A stretch of 64,000 bases of DNA. Source: Octopus vulgaris (lineage: Eukaryota). The notes under the pieces were generated by a model. That model was not told the origin of the DNA, ran no database searches, and saw only the letters and a program-made list of their open reading frames with translations. The first letter of the stretch is position 1; each line of letters opens with the position of its first letter. This document shows positions 25,058-37,350 of this stretch, piece after piece. The stretch covers positions 44,020,001 through 44,084,000 of the forward strand of contig OX597833.1 in NCBI GenBank assembly GCA_951406725.2, given 5' to 3'. A program made the translations under genes and the position numbers.

Positions 25058-25892
25058 TTGTGTGAGTGAAAGTGAGAGAGAATGTATGTATGTATGTATG
25101 TATGTATGTATGTATGTATGTATGTATGTATGTATGTATGTATGTATGTATGTACATATGTATGTATTTAACTTCAGCCAGCGCTTCACAACTAGTGTTG
25201 CTTGAATACGGATCCATAATTTAGAGGTTTGGTAAAAGTGATGATCGAATAAGTACCAAACTTAAAAATAGGTAGTGACGTCTCTTTGTTCGACAGTTTA
25301 AGCTGGTAGCCAAGCGTGGTCGCAGTCTAGTGACTGAAACAAGTTAAGAAGATCATCTACGCCCGTGAAAACCTGGTATGTTCAGTAATCGAATGCTTTT
25401 GCTCGATGAATGTTTATATAAATATTAAAGGAGAATTACCATAACGATGAGTTTAGAATAAAACCAATGCAGTAAGCTGTTATGATGTGGTGTTTTCCAT
25501 ATCTATAATGTGTGGTGCCTCTTGTGACTGTAGCTTTTGTATCTACTATAGTGGACATTTTTCTGGTATCGGATACAGTTTATCTCTTCTATACCGAAGT
25601 AGTAATACATCGCTTCGTCTATCGTGCTATTGCTGATAGCTCTGCAAGACAGCGACTTTGAACCGCCTACCATCACTGTTGACTCGAACTCGACTCTAAC
25701 CCTTAACTGACACTTAACTCCAACAGAGAACTCGTGCAACGATTCTACAACGACTGATAGACGACTACCCGTACTGGTTGACGTCGTCGCACCTTATAGT
25801 GGCTGAGTCATACCATTTGTCCCGTGGGAGGGGTATACCATTTCCACTACGATATAATCGTAAACTTAATCAATAATATTATATAGAAGAAC

Positions 25893-26122
25893 GGCGGCGA
25901 GCTGGCAGAAACGTTAGCACGCCAGGCGAAATGCGTAGCCGTATTTCGTCTGCCGTTACGTTCTGAGTTCAAATTCCGCCGAGGTCGACTTTGCCTTTCA
26001 TCCTTTCGAGGTCGATAAATTAAGTACCAGTTACGTATAGGGGTCGATGTAATCGACTTAATCCCTTTGTCTGTCCTTGTTTGTCCCCTCTGTGTTTAGC
26101 CCCTTATGGGCAGTAAAGAAAT
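25893..26122 (+). mobile_element. Octopus-type tRNA-derived SINE, family A, full length with 17-bp TSD (others at 18205-18437, 49062-49292, partial 915-1062, 27158-27290, 23330-23530)
   Basis: A-box TGGCAGAAACG, B-box GAGTTCAAATTCC. TSD atattatatagaagaac at 25876-25892 and 26123-26139. Confidence 0.92.
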
Positions 26123-26180
26123 ATATTATATAGAAGAACAACAAAATTAAAGGAACGAAAATGAAAAATACAATACTAAC

Positions 26181-26298
26181 CACTTTTTGATTCTGCTGGG
26201 GCTTGTTTTCCGAAATCCTTAACGAAAATGGCCAATAACAAGCAGTGTGGCTGCAAATTTCAAAATCTTAGTAATAATATTTGCATCATATAATTTAT
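26181..26298 (-). CDS. IgSF receptor gene B: hydrophobic anchor exon (DKLYDANIITKILKFAATLLVIGHFR*; either a GPI-type tail or a frameshifted TM exon)
   Basis: Polypyrimidine acceptor ttacag| at 26299-26300 and donor AGTG|gttagt at 26179-26180; 118 nt. An in-frame TAA lies 38 nt before the donor. The +1 frame continues CLLLAIFVKDFGKQAPAESKS to a phase-1 donor. Confidence 0.55.
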
Positions 26299-27692
26299 CT
26301 GTAATAGAAAGAAAAAAAAAGCACATTTCATTTTTATTTTGGTACAAGACCAAAAACTTTGCTGAAGGTGGACATCGATTACATCAACTCCAGTATTCAA
26401 TTGGTGCCTATTTCATTGACTCTGAAAGAATGAAAAGTAAAGTCAACTTCGGTGGCATTTTAACTCAGAAAGCCGGACAAAATGCCGCCAAGCATTTTTT
26501 TCGGCGTGCTCATTAATCTACCAGCTCGCAGCCTCAGAAACAGTAATCAAGGATATTGAAGATTTACATAAACACATGTAAAGAATAAATAATCAGAAGA
26601 AAATCAAAACAACAAAGTTCCCAATTAAAATGGAAACACTACCCAAGGGTAACCAAGTAACCTCACAGTAAACAAGTAATCCTTAGTCACCCTGTTACCA
26701 GGAATACTGTTGTGTTTCTCTCACCTCCGTACTGCTGTAACTACATGGGCATGCTTAGGTTACGACAATTCACTCGAGCCATTCTTGTTATATTCATCCA
26801 CAGTGTAACAGTTTTACTGGGAGAAAGGACCTTGCTCTCCACGCTCACTTTCCTTTTAAACGTGAAAAGTCAATGAAGGTTTGGTCTCTTTCTCATTAAT
26901 CGCATCATCTTTCACCATAAGCATCTGACAGAGGAAATCTGCCTACCCTTCAAAATCAAAGGAATGCAAGGAAGCAATCTTCACTTTGGAGTCGACCTAT
27001 AACCAGATCCGTCCGAGAAGTGATTGCAGCTGGTAGACATAACTCCAGAAATCAACGATGCTCAAGCACTATACTAATACGTGTACAAAATCTTCATCAT
27101 GCAATGTGCATCAAGGGCAAGAGCAGCTGAGGGGAATATCATGCCGGTACATTTTTTCCGCTGAGGTCGACTTTGCCTTTCATCCTTTCGGAGGTCGATT
27201 AAATAAGTACCTGTTACGCACTGGGGTCAGTATAATCGACTTAATCCGTTTGTCTGTCCTTGTTTGTCCTCTCTGTGTTTAGCCCCTTGTGTGTAGATGG
27301 TCTCGGTGCAACGTCCGCTAAGACCAATACCCTGCTGACAGAGGTGTGAGCGCCTGATGTCACACTAGGTGTCAGGTACCCTGCATAGGTCTATGCTTGA
27401 CCCAACAATGTCGTGTATATATGTGAGTATGCGCAGTGTCAGTGTATGTGTATGAATGTGTGTGTGTAGGGATGTATGTGTGTGTGAGTGTGTGTAGCGT
27501 GTGCATGTATGTATGTGTAGATGTGTATATTAGTGTTTGTTCCCCACCATCACTGGAAAACCAGTGTTGGTTTGTTTACGTGCCCACAACGTATCAGTTC
27601 GGGAATAAATACGACAAAGACTATTAGAAAATGGCCCAGCATGGCCACCATCCAGTAACTGAAAGAAGCAAAAGTTAGAAGATAAAAGATAC

Positions 27693-27725
27693 CTGCATTG
27701 TCTCTGATTGCTTGCTGCTCAGTAC
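27693..27725 (-). CDS. IgSF receptor gene B: 33-nt stalk exon (GTEQQAIRDNA)
   Basis: tttttatttgaag|GTACT…GCAG|gtatct. Confidence 0.55.
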
Positions 27726-27865
27726 CTTCAAATAAAAATTACAAAAACATAAACAAAATAATATATAGAAATATAATATTTAAGTTTTAATCTTAGTTTT
27801 TAATGCAGTTTTGTTTTCCAAATTGGAAATAAAATCAAAATGTTTATCATTCAAAATGTGACCGC

Positions 27866-28060
27866 GTGTGTACCGTTGGCGATTTTTTTCCTCCGTCTTC
27901 CCTTCTCTGGATCTTTCCTTCTCCTATGTTTCTGACGAAGAGCTCCGCGCGAAACGTTAAACCCGCCTTCATCCCTTCCTTCCCTGAGCGTCCAATAATA
28001 CTATATTTGTTCCACGTCCTCGCGTTGTTGTGTTTTCTCATTGTGTTTTCATGTTTGGAT

Positions 28061-28065
<5 letters not shown>
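27866..28065 (+). mobile_element. ~200-bp Penelope-derived non-autonomous repeat with minimal hammerhead at 27928-27962 (other copies: 1790-1965 with core deleted; 22504-22720 and 63265-63475 on the minus strand)
   Basis: gttt-CTGACGA-agagctccgcgc-GAAACGTTA-aac. The minus-strand copies have CCGATGA. All copies abut (TA)n. Confidence 0.7.
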
Positions 28066-28136
<71 letters not shown>

Positions 28137-30844
28137 ACCAGATCTACAATCGAAAAGTATGATCAAATTTTGATCCTGAACTGAAATTCATTCAATCTTT
28201 CTCCTTTTGTTTAATATAAATCTGTTATACCAGTATTGAAATTTTTTCTTTATAGTATGTGTTCTTGTTTATTTCTATGTTGACTTGCCACGCTCTATAT
28301 TTTTCTACTGCAAGCTCCTCATCTCTGAAATATGAACTAGTACCTATCGTATGTCAGTCAGACAAACTGAAGCATTCTCGTGAAGTATTCTCTTTATGAC
28401 AAATTGCTGGAACCAGTCGAAATCTGTTGCTGATCTTAAGATCATTCCTGATAACTTTGACCTATGATCGAAGATTTTCCCTCCGTAACCACCCTGTCTT
28501 TTACTTTAGACATCGTTTGAATTATATTAACGAGAGTTATTCATACTTTTTAAACGAAAAGATATAATTAGAGAGATTATGTTAGTGTTTTTGACTCTGT
28601 ACTTTTATAGCTAAGTCTTCATAGTCGAATGAAACTTTCTTTTACTAGGACGATAGAATAGGCATCAGGGAGATTTAGCTGCTATTTAACGCATAGAAAT
28701 TCCTTCAGGATGCAGACATGTAGTTCTCTTTTCTCTTGCTGTCTAAACTCAGCAGTATTCTGTTCCAAGGAAGATGTGTTTAATTTTTTTCGTTTGTTCT
28801 ATGTCTCCTTGTGGGGACATAGAACAAACGAAACAAAGTAAAAAAAATCGCAAAAATATATGTTACTAACTTAGGGTGACCCGCTCTATGCGTGGGTGAG
28901 GTTGTGGTTGTTACTTTCTGTTGCTTCCCTTCTGTTTCTTTTCACCACATTATCCCTCTTTGTTTCTCTCTCTTTTCTCTCTCACTTTCCCAATCTCTTA
29001 CTCTTCCTTTCTCTCGGACTCTCCCTCGCTTTCTCTCACTCTCTATCTTTCTTTATCTATCTCTCTCCCATTTATAAAAAACAAAAGATCTTGAGTAAGT
29101 TGAGAAAGGAAATATTTTGAAAGATCAATCATAAATATCAGGCAGTGAAAACGGAAAGCACACATGCCTTTTGTACGTGTCACTATTTGAGCGATTAAAA
29201 ATAAGGAAAAAAGGGATTTCTTTGTTAAATTTAGTACTTATTTTGTGAAGTTTTCGACGATTGACCATGCAAATGAAAGCTCTAAACTGTAAACAATAAA
29301 AAGTAAAAAGCAAAAATACGTAAAAATGAGAAATTTTTTTTCAACTTCAGAAATATTACCTTAATTTTCAAACTTTGAACCCATTTCCACGCTTAAATTA
29401 CAAATCCGCTTCCACATTACTATGTTGAAAATTTGATTGAAATCGGGCCATTATTACATCATCTATCGTTATCGTTTCTGGCATTTTCTCAATAGTTTTC
29501 TTTGGCGCTTGAATGACCGTGTTTCAGGTTTGGCCTTCGCAATGCCTACCTTCCGTCGTTGTGGCCTGGAGAACCGCTATCTCTTTCTCATTTCCATGTA
29601 GGACAGTGGCTGCTATCCAGACCACGTCAACTTCTGGTGGGATTCCCTCTACGCTAACTTTTAAAGCACGCCTTCTATGGTACATATATAATAGTATCAC
29701 TTCATCACTCTTTATAATGGTTGCCGCGTTCTCCTTTGTCTTTTCTGCCTCTTTAAATCTCACCTCTACATTTCCATACTTGCCCCAGGTAAGATACGTT
29801 ATCTCTTGTCAGATTGGCCTTAGTGCCTTCTCTATTTTGTAAGTAGTCATTATGTATATCTTCCCAGCAGCTACGGAATGCGTCTTGTATATAATTGTAC
29901 ATTCTTTCCTATTTTTAACCATTCCTTCTGAGGCGGTTCAATTCCACATTTAATCCTTCGTGACTCATCATTGTCATGTAATTTCTCCATTTTTCCCATT
30001 CGATTTGATATTCCTTACACTTTGCGATTTCTGCGAAGTTTTTGTTCTCTGTTATCCGTTCCCCGTTCAGTTTCTCTATTGTACTCCACGAAATCTCTGA
30101 CGACGACGATTGCTCCGACGGTTTCGACGAGGACAGCTCTGAGTAGCTGATATCTTCCTCTCTGACATCTTTTCTTTTTATTCAGTCTACCTTCTTCTAT
30201 GAGGAAGGAAAGCACAAATAAACTGCCGCAAGACAGCACAAACTTAAGTGTTCAAGGAACACTACAACAATTAAACAACAATATAACGCCAGCAAATGAT
30301 ACAACTTTAACTCACCAAATTTTTCTCTACTACTGACTGACCTTGTTTCTCTATTGCCTACAAGGGCATACAGAGAGGGGACGAACAAGGACAGACTACA
30401 ATGCACAAGTGGGACAAACAACATAAACGGATGAATGAAATGAAATTATATAAAAATGGTGTAATGGCTACTACTCGACCTCACTTCCGTGTAGTACCAT
30501 TTTAACTATATTTACACTATTTTTTAATCCAACGTTTATCCGAATAATTATCTTAGCAAATTGAAAGCGGTTTCAGTTTTTCGAAATCCAACACAGGAGG
30601 CAGAGGATCGTGTCTTATTTCTACCCCTAATGGGTTTACTTCGTCCCCAGGTGTACCATTAAAAGTTTGCTTTTAATTTTTAATAGTTTTTCCTGTTAAT
30701 TAAAATTCATCCCATACCTGGACCTCTCATGTTTTCTTCTTCTATAACTTTTATCAAGACGTAATCTTTCCAGCTCTTTATTCGCGTGGTCTAACGCCAT
30801 AAATGGCACGTTCTGTTTGGCCTAAAAACAGGTGTTAATGAGTT

Positions 30845-32615
30845 TCCTTGCAAGGGTGGGGTGCTGGTCCATTTCTACCAGTCCAAAGCTTTCGACAAGG
30901 TTGAACATCAGTATCCGGTGTTGGTCCTCACAGCATTCGGGGTCGGCCCCGTCTTTAGAGGGTGGATCATCGCTTTATACAGTAACATTGACTCTGTTCA
31001 ACAAAGGTGTCCTCTCTACCCACTTCTGTATGTATGGGCTCTAGAGTTCTTGCTGCGGAAGTTGGAGAGATTAAAGTGCGTCCCACGAGATCTAGGTTGC
31101 AGTGGGAATGTTTCGGCGTATGCGAATGACATCACCACCATAGTGTCCGAAATGGTACACCTACAGAGGGTAGGCAACGCTATTAAAGGCTATGAGGCAG
31201 GAGCAAAAGTTAACTGGAATAAGTCAATCGGCTTGCAACTCGGCACCTGGCAAGGCAAGACGATACCTCCCAACAACATTGTAGGGCGTTGGAAGGAGGG
31301 GCTGGTTAAAATGTTAGGGGTTTAGTTTTGTCCAGATCTCCAGATAAAGAATTGGAGCGAGGTCTGAGTAGCGGCTCTCCCTGAAAGGGCAGAGGTCTCA
31401 GTTGTGTTTATCGCTTCTGTGATTACTTACCGCCTAACCGTCGTGCCTTGCCCCCGTTCGTGGCTGATCAATTTAGAGGGGCTGCTCTTCCGTTTTTTGT
31501 GGAGTAGAAGTCCTCTTGTAAAGCGCTCTGTCTGCTGCCAGCACCCGCTAAATGGTGCGCAAGGGATGTCTTGGCTGTTGATGCGCAGACGTGCGCTGAT
31601 GCTGAGGTATCTGTGTCTCTACCTGGATAGTGAACAGGTGTGGTCTCCGTTCGGTCGGTTGTTATTTACTAAGCTTACTAGTTCGGGTGAACTAGGACCT
31701 TGGGTCAAGTGTAGACGATAGTTGAGTGCTTGGCAAGCGAAGTGTTGTGAGGCACTCAAGCTTCTCTGTCACATGGACAACGCCAGCGGAGGGGGTTCCA
31801 CTTCGTATTTTATAGAGGGTTGGTTGAGGTTCAGTGTGACGACGATGTGGGGGAAGATTCTAGGCTTCGATGATGGTCAACTAGCCTGTCTGTTCCGAAG
31901 GACATTTGGGCCAGGACCCTTGGATAACTTTCAAAGATTCTCCGCCTGGCAGTGTTACTGAGGAGCCTTACCAATTCGCGCGCCCAAGATGCGAGCAGGA
32001 CAGGGAAACTGTTCTGCACGCGATTGTACAATGACCCAAAATTTCCGAAATGTGGGTTTACCTTGAACACCCGCTGACGCGGCTGGGAGGAGTACAGCTG
32101 TCTTTCGCGTCGATTGTATAGATTGTTCCTGCTTCCTCTTTTAACAAAGAAGGCATGGCTCGTTTTCTCATTGTGGTCGCTATACCGAAAGAAGTAGTAT
32201 TGAAGACCCACGTGAAAAGAATCGTGAGAGGCAACTTCATCTCCAGCCTTGGACTGGTTAATTTCCTCATCTACCATCTTAAGGGAAAAATAAGGGTGGA
32301 GATAAAATGCCTGTCACCTGATTTATACGGAAAACGATGGAAAGCTGTAGCGACTTTGTTGAGAATGAAGAATCCGCATAGTATATCAATAAGGTTATAC
32401 AAAAGGGTTACAATGGTGGCACGGGGTTTGCGGGGTCGAAGCGAAACCCGTCCTCCACTTCATTGTATGGTTATTGTTTGGTATCATCCTATTTATAAAA
32501 ATTCTTAACGTAAATTTTTAACTATTCATCTTTTGTAAAATAATTCGTTTTATCCACTCCTCCCTCATTTATATCGTCCCCTGTATGTTTAACCCCTGTG
32601 GGCAATAAAGAAATA
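30845..32615 (+). mobile_element. Tx1/L1-clade LINE ORF2 relic (copy B, RT region retained)
   Basis: QSKAFDKVEHQY…QQRCPLYPLLY…SAYANDIT…GAKVNWNKS (degenerate QGCPLSP and YADD motifs); stops and frameshifts. Confidence 0.85.
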
Positions 32616-34353
32616 GTCGTTCTTGTTCTTTGACTTGCTGTTGGTGACTGCAGGGGGATGGTGGGACAGCGTTGGGCAGGGTGGGAGTAGGGTAGGAATT
32701 CACATTTTCGCCTTGATTTCTTCTTTTCCCTCTCTTCCGTTTCTTTGGTGCCGTATTCCATCCATGTTTCTCCTCTGCCACCTGATTATCTTCCTCCTTC
32801 TTCGGTTCTTTTTGCTCACACATGACATCGCAAGCGGTGGAGGTGCGCTTTCTTTCGTTGGTTCCTTTGCGGCAGGTAGAGTGTATCCTGTTTTATGTGC
32901 CCTTTTGACCGCATTTAAAGCAACAGTGAGTCCTGCTCTCCACTAAGACTCTCAGCTTTATATCCTCTCCAAATGTGATGGTTTCTACCATCTTCTCTGA
33001 ATCTCCCACGGCGGCCTGGATTATCATTTCTAGTGCCAATTTCTTTGTGGTATACTTTTGGCCTGGAAGCTCACAACCTTATCTGCCATTTCCAACGGGA
33101 TGGCGGCCACCAGCCAGGCTACACCCACCTAAGGAGATATCTCTTCTACCCTTACCCCAGAAGCACGCCTTCCCAGGTAAATGGTTAGAAAGACCACTTC
33201 ACCCGTTTTGAAGGGAGTCACGCAATGCTACCTGGCCCAAAACTTCGACGCAAAACGCACCTCTCCCGTTGTCTATCTTCTGCTTCTGGCAAGGTAATTC
33301 ACTTCCTTCCATATTCACTTCCTTCAATTCCTCTATGCCTTTTCAACCTGTGTTGTGGTTGCGACCTCTGTTCGCTGCAATTACAAACTGTAAGTTCTGC
33401 ACAGTACGGTTCTTCTTTTAACTCGTTCCGTTGTCTCACTGGAAAGGGACACCTTTACATCGTTCCCCTCAATTTCAAAGATTTCCTTGAATTGATTCAA
33501 TTCTTCCAAGCATACGTCCTCACTTTTATCTTTCGCCGCCTGGAGTTCTTGGCCTCCATTGCCTCGTCAATCTTTTCAAACTTTTAACAAGTTCCCCCTC
33601 GGACGACAAGTCTGAAGAGCTAACCTTTTCAGTTCTCGTCTCCATTACCGCGCCTCCCCTTTCAAACAATGAGGAAAGCGTCAACAAAGCCGCCTTAGGC
33701 AGCAAAACGAAGTGCTGTCGGACACAAAACAGTCAAACACAGTGAAAAACAATTCAAATCACAGAAAAATTCAAGATGTTAACTAGCCTGCAAATGAAAT
33801 AACAACTCTGCTACTACTGACTGACCAAACAACAAATGATTGCTGACTTTATAGTGGCTGAGTCATACCACTTTGCCACGTGAAACGGGGTGCACCTTTT
33901 CTCTACTATTGTGTGTATAGTGTGTGCATGTGTGTATACATGTGTGTGTGCGTGTGCGTGCGTCCCTGCGTGGGTACGTGTGTACGTGCGTTCGTGCATG
34001 TGTATGTATATATAAAGAGAAAGTCCGCTTTTTCCATGCTGTACGGACCTTTTCAATACAATTTCCGCCATAAGGAGGACTTTATGCAAACCATGTCATA
34101 TAGAGTGCATTTAAAGGATGCAGCTTCTTATATCAACTAAATGTCTCCAGAATCTTAAAAAAGCAAATATATAAATTTGGTTAATCGTAATGATATACCT
34201 GTCAAGGATAAACATAATTGTCAATATAACCGTGAGTGGATGTACAAATTTACTGGAAGGTGTAACTTAACCAGAAATATTGTTTCAGGAGACGTTAAGG
34301 AACAAGAATATATAAATGCGTTAAGGAAGATAACACAAAGAAAATTTGTTTAC

Positions 34354-34659
34354 CTGTTATTTTGGTGAGCTGTAGAGTGCGTGATACATTGTATACAGAA
34401 CATGAGATGCTTGAGTTACCAATTTCCCCCTCTCTTATAACGATTTTATTAAGTGACACTGCTGGAGATAAACACTTTCCATAAGGTCGAACATGCACTT
34501 TATTCACATTTATCAATTTGTGGTGTTTTGTCTCATGAATCCATAAAAAGTCAGTAGCGCCAAAAGGTGCACCGATGTATGCTGAACATCTGAAGATCGC
34601 TAACATGTTTACTTCAGCGGGCGGGTTAAGAAATTCAAGTTTCTTCATGTAAGATTTCA
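34354..34659 (-). CDS. IgSF receptor gene B: Ig domain 2 exon (306 nt, open)
   Basis: Same splice sites and length as 7357-7662. Sixteen amino-acid differences; all Cys and the core Trp retained. Confidence 0.85.
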
Positions 34660-34866
34660 CTGAAAAGAAAACAAAACAAAAACAAAAAAAAAACGAATAG
34701 GTGAAGGAGTGGCTGTGTAGTAAGTAGCTTGCTAACCAACCACATGGTTCCGGGTTCGGTCCCACTGCGTGGCATCTTGGGCAAGTGTCTTCTGCTCTAT
34801 CCAAGGGCCGACCAATGCCTTGTGAGTGGATTTGGTAGACGGAAACTTAAAGATGCCTGTCGTATA

Positions 34867-34943
<77 letters not shown>

Positions 34944-36188
34944 TTGTCCCCCTAGCATTGCTTGACAACCGATGCTGTTTTATTTACGTCCCCGTCACTT
35001 AGAGGTCCGGCAAAAGATACCGATAGAATATGTACTTGGCTTAAAAAGAATAAGTCCCGGGGTCGATTTGCTCGACGAAATGCGGTGCTCCAGCATGGCC
35101 GCAGTCAAATGACTGAAACAAGTAAAAGAGTAAAAAGAGTAAAGAGAATCGAAATATGCTTATCTTCGAACAAAGGGCCTCACAATAAAAGAGTAGTTTC
35201 ACTAATGTAAACTACAATCTTCATACAAAACTAAAACATTTGACAACACTCCAATTATTGTTAATCCTGGACTTTGGGAACTGTTGCTTAGAAGTGGTTA
35301 ACTGTGTAAGCAGTGCTAAGGCTGTGTGGAACCAAAGACTAGCAATAACTCCACAACAGATGAATGACACATTCAAACACGTGTATATTTACTTACACAT
35401 AAGCATGTATTTGTGTGCAATTATATATATTTGCGTGTGTGCGTGTATGTATGTGTGTGTGTGCGCATGTATGAATATGTGGACACATATATAGATACAG
35501 ATATATTCACATACGCAAACATATTTACATACATTCATGCATGCATATACAGACATGCACTTGGCGGTTCGGCAAAAGAGACCAATAGAATAAGTACTGG
35601 GCTTACAAAGAATAAGTCCCGGTGTTGATTTGCTCGACTAAAGGCGGTGCTCTAGCATGGCCGCTGTCAAATGACTGAAATAAGTAAAAGAGAGAAAAGA
35701 AAGAGAGGGACTTAAGTGCATGCTGGACGGTACCTACACCAGAATGTTACGTGCAGTGCCCTACATTTAATGGAGGGAGCACCCAACAAAACAAAGGTTA
35801 TATGGGAATGTATCAACTTTCTCATCAATCATCTAAGAGCGTACGTTGGGTTTTGCTGACCATTGCTGGAGAAGTAAAGAAAAACTTGTGAGTAAGGAGT
35901 TGTTGTGGGCACCAAATCACGGTACCACAGCGACTGGAAGACCACGAAGACATATATACAACAGCTTGCAGAAGATGTTGGATGCCAAGTTGAAGGCCTA
36001 AAAACACTAATGGAAGATCGGGAGTGATGGAGAGAGGTAGTCAGGCTGGCCTGGGCAATTGACCTGACTGGATGAAACTTGTGTTCGATAGTGCAATAGA
36101 AACACGCAATAGAAATAAAAATAAAGACAATGGAGTTGAATACGTGCAAAAAAAGAAACGGAAGTAAAAATAGAACGAGTAAACTTAC

Positions 36189-36523
36189 CTCTTACAAGTC
36201 TAGATTTTGAAGATTCTTCATTTGTTGAACATTTGTAGTATGTCGCATCCTCACAAGAGGGATAACGTTTCGTGCAGGTAATCACACCTATCTTACTTAT
36301 AGAGAGGATGTAGGTGGAGTACAGTCAAAACCCTTTTTCCTGGTTACTACCTCAAAAATTCCTGTCTTTTTTTGATAATCGATTTGAACAATAACTTCAC
36401 TGTGATTTCGCACGAGAAAAAACTGAATAAAATTTTTTACATCATACCGACATTTTATAGTTAAGAATGTTCTGTTTGCAAAATCAATATTGCTTGAAGG
36501 TAACACATCTGCAATCTCAATAA
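36189..36523 (-). pseudogene. IgSF receptor gene B: Ig domain 1 exon with +2 frameshift (335 nt)
   Basis: Acceptor tatacag| and donor AG|gtaagt intact. The exon is 335 versus 333 nt. An extra CT in TCCTCTCTA (~36301-36308) gives TAA; removing it restores …CTPPTSSISKIGVITCTKRYPSCEDATYYKC. Confidence 0.82.
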
Positions 36524-37059
36524 CTGTATAGAAAAAAAAACATAAATCAGAGATAGATGTTATAAAAAATATTTAAATGTAACTATAGAAGAAGGAGAAG
36601 AAGAAGAAGAAGAAGAAGAAGAAGAAGAAGAAGAAGAAGAAGAAGAAGAAGAAGAAGAAGAAGAAGAAGAAGAAGAAGAAGAATGACAGAAGCAGGAAAA
36701 AGAGAACCAATTAAAATAACGGTTGTTGTGAATACGGATTACATCTATCCACAAATAAAACTTTGCAGTTAGTTTTTGATATTTATTATTATACTAACAT
36801 ACCTGTGTCGTCAAAATGCTGACAGTTTTATTAATCATAGAAAATAGTTCATCAACACAATGGGAAAAACCTGTGATAGATGTCATCAATGTGGTAAATA
36901 TATGCACATGCACTCAAGTTAGGCTCTTTAAGTATTAAATACGGTTGTAACATCTCAGTTGAAAATAACTTGATACATAAGTATGTATTTACGGACACAC
37001 ACACGGACTTACACATACACACACACACACACATACACACATATATACATATAAATATA

Positions 37060-37127
<68 letters not shown>

Positions 37128-37266
37128 TACATTCTACATACATACATGTATATCATACATAGAAAGAGAGAGACAGATTTATATATATAGATATATAGGT
37201 CGATACATCTATACATTAGTATATATGCATGCATATCTATGCATTTATTTATCGACATCATTCTGC

Positions 37267-37350
<84 letters not shown>

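Noticed and set aside
25893-25980. tRNA gene
   Set aside because: The A and B boxes belong to a SINE head with body, tail and TSD; there is no complete cloverleaf.
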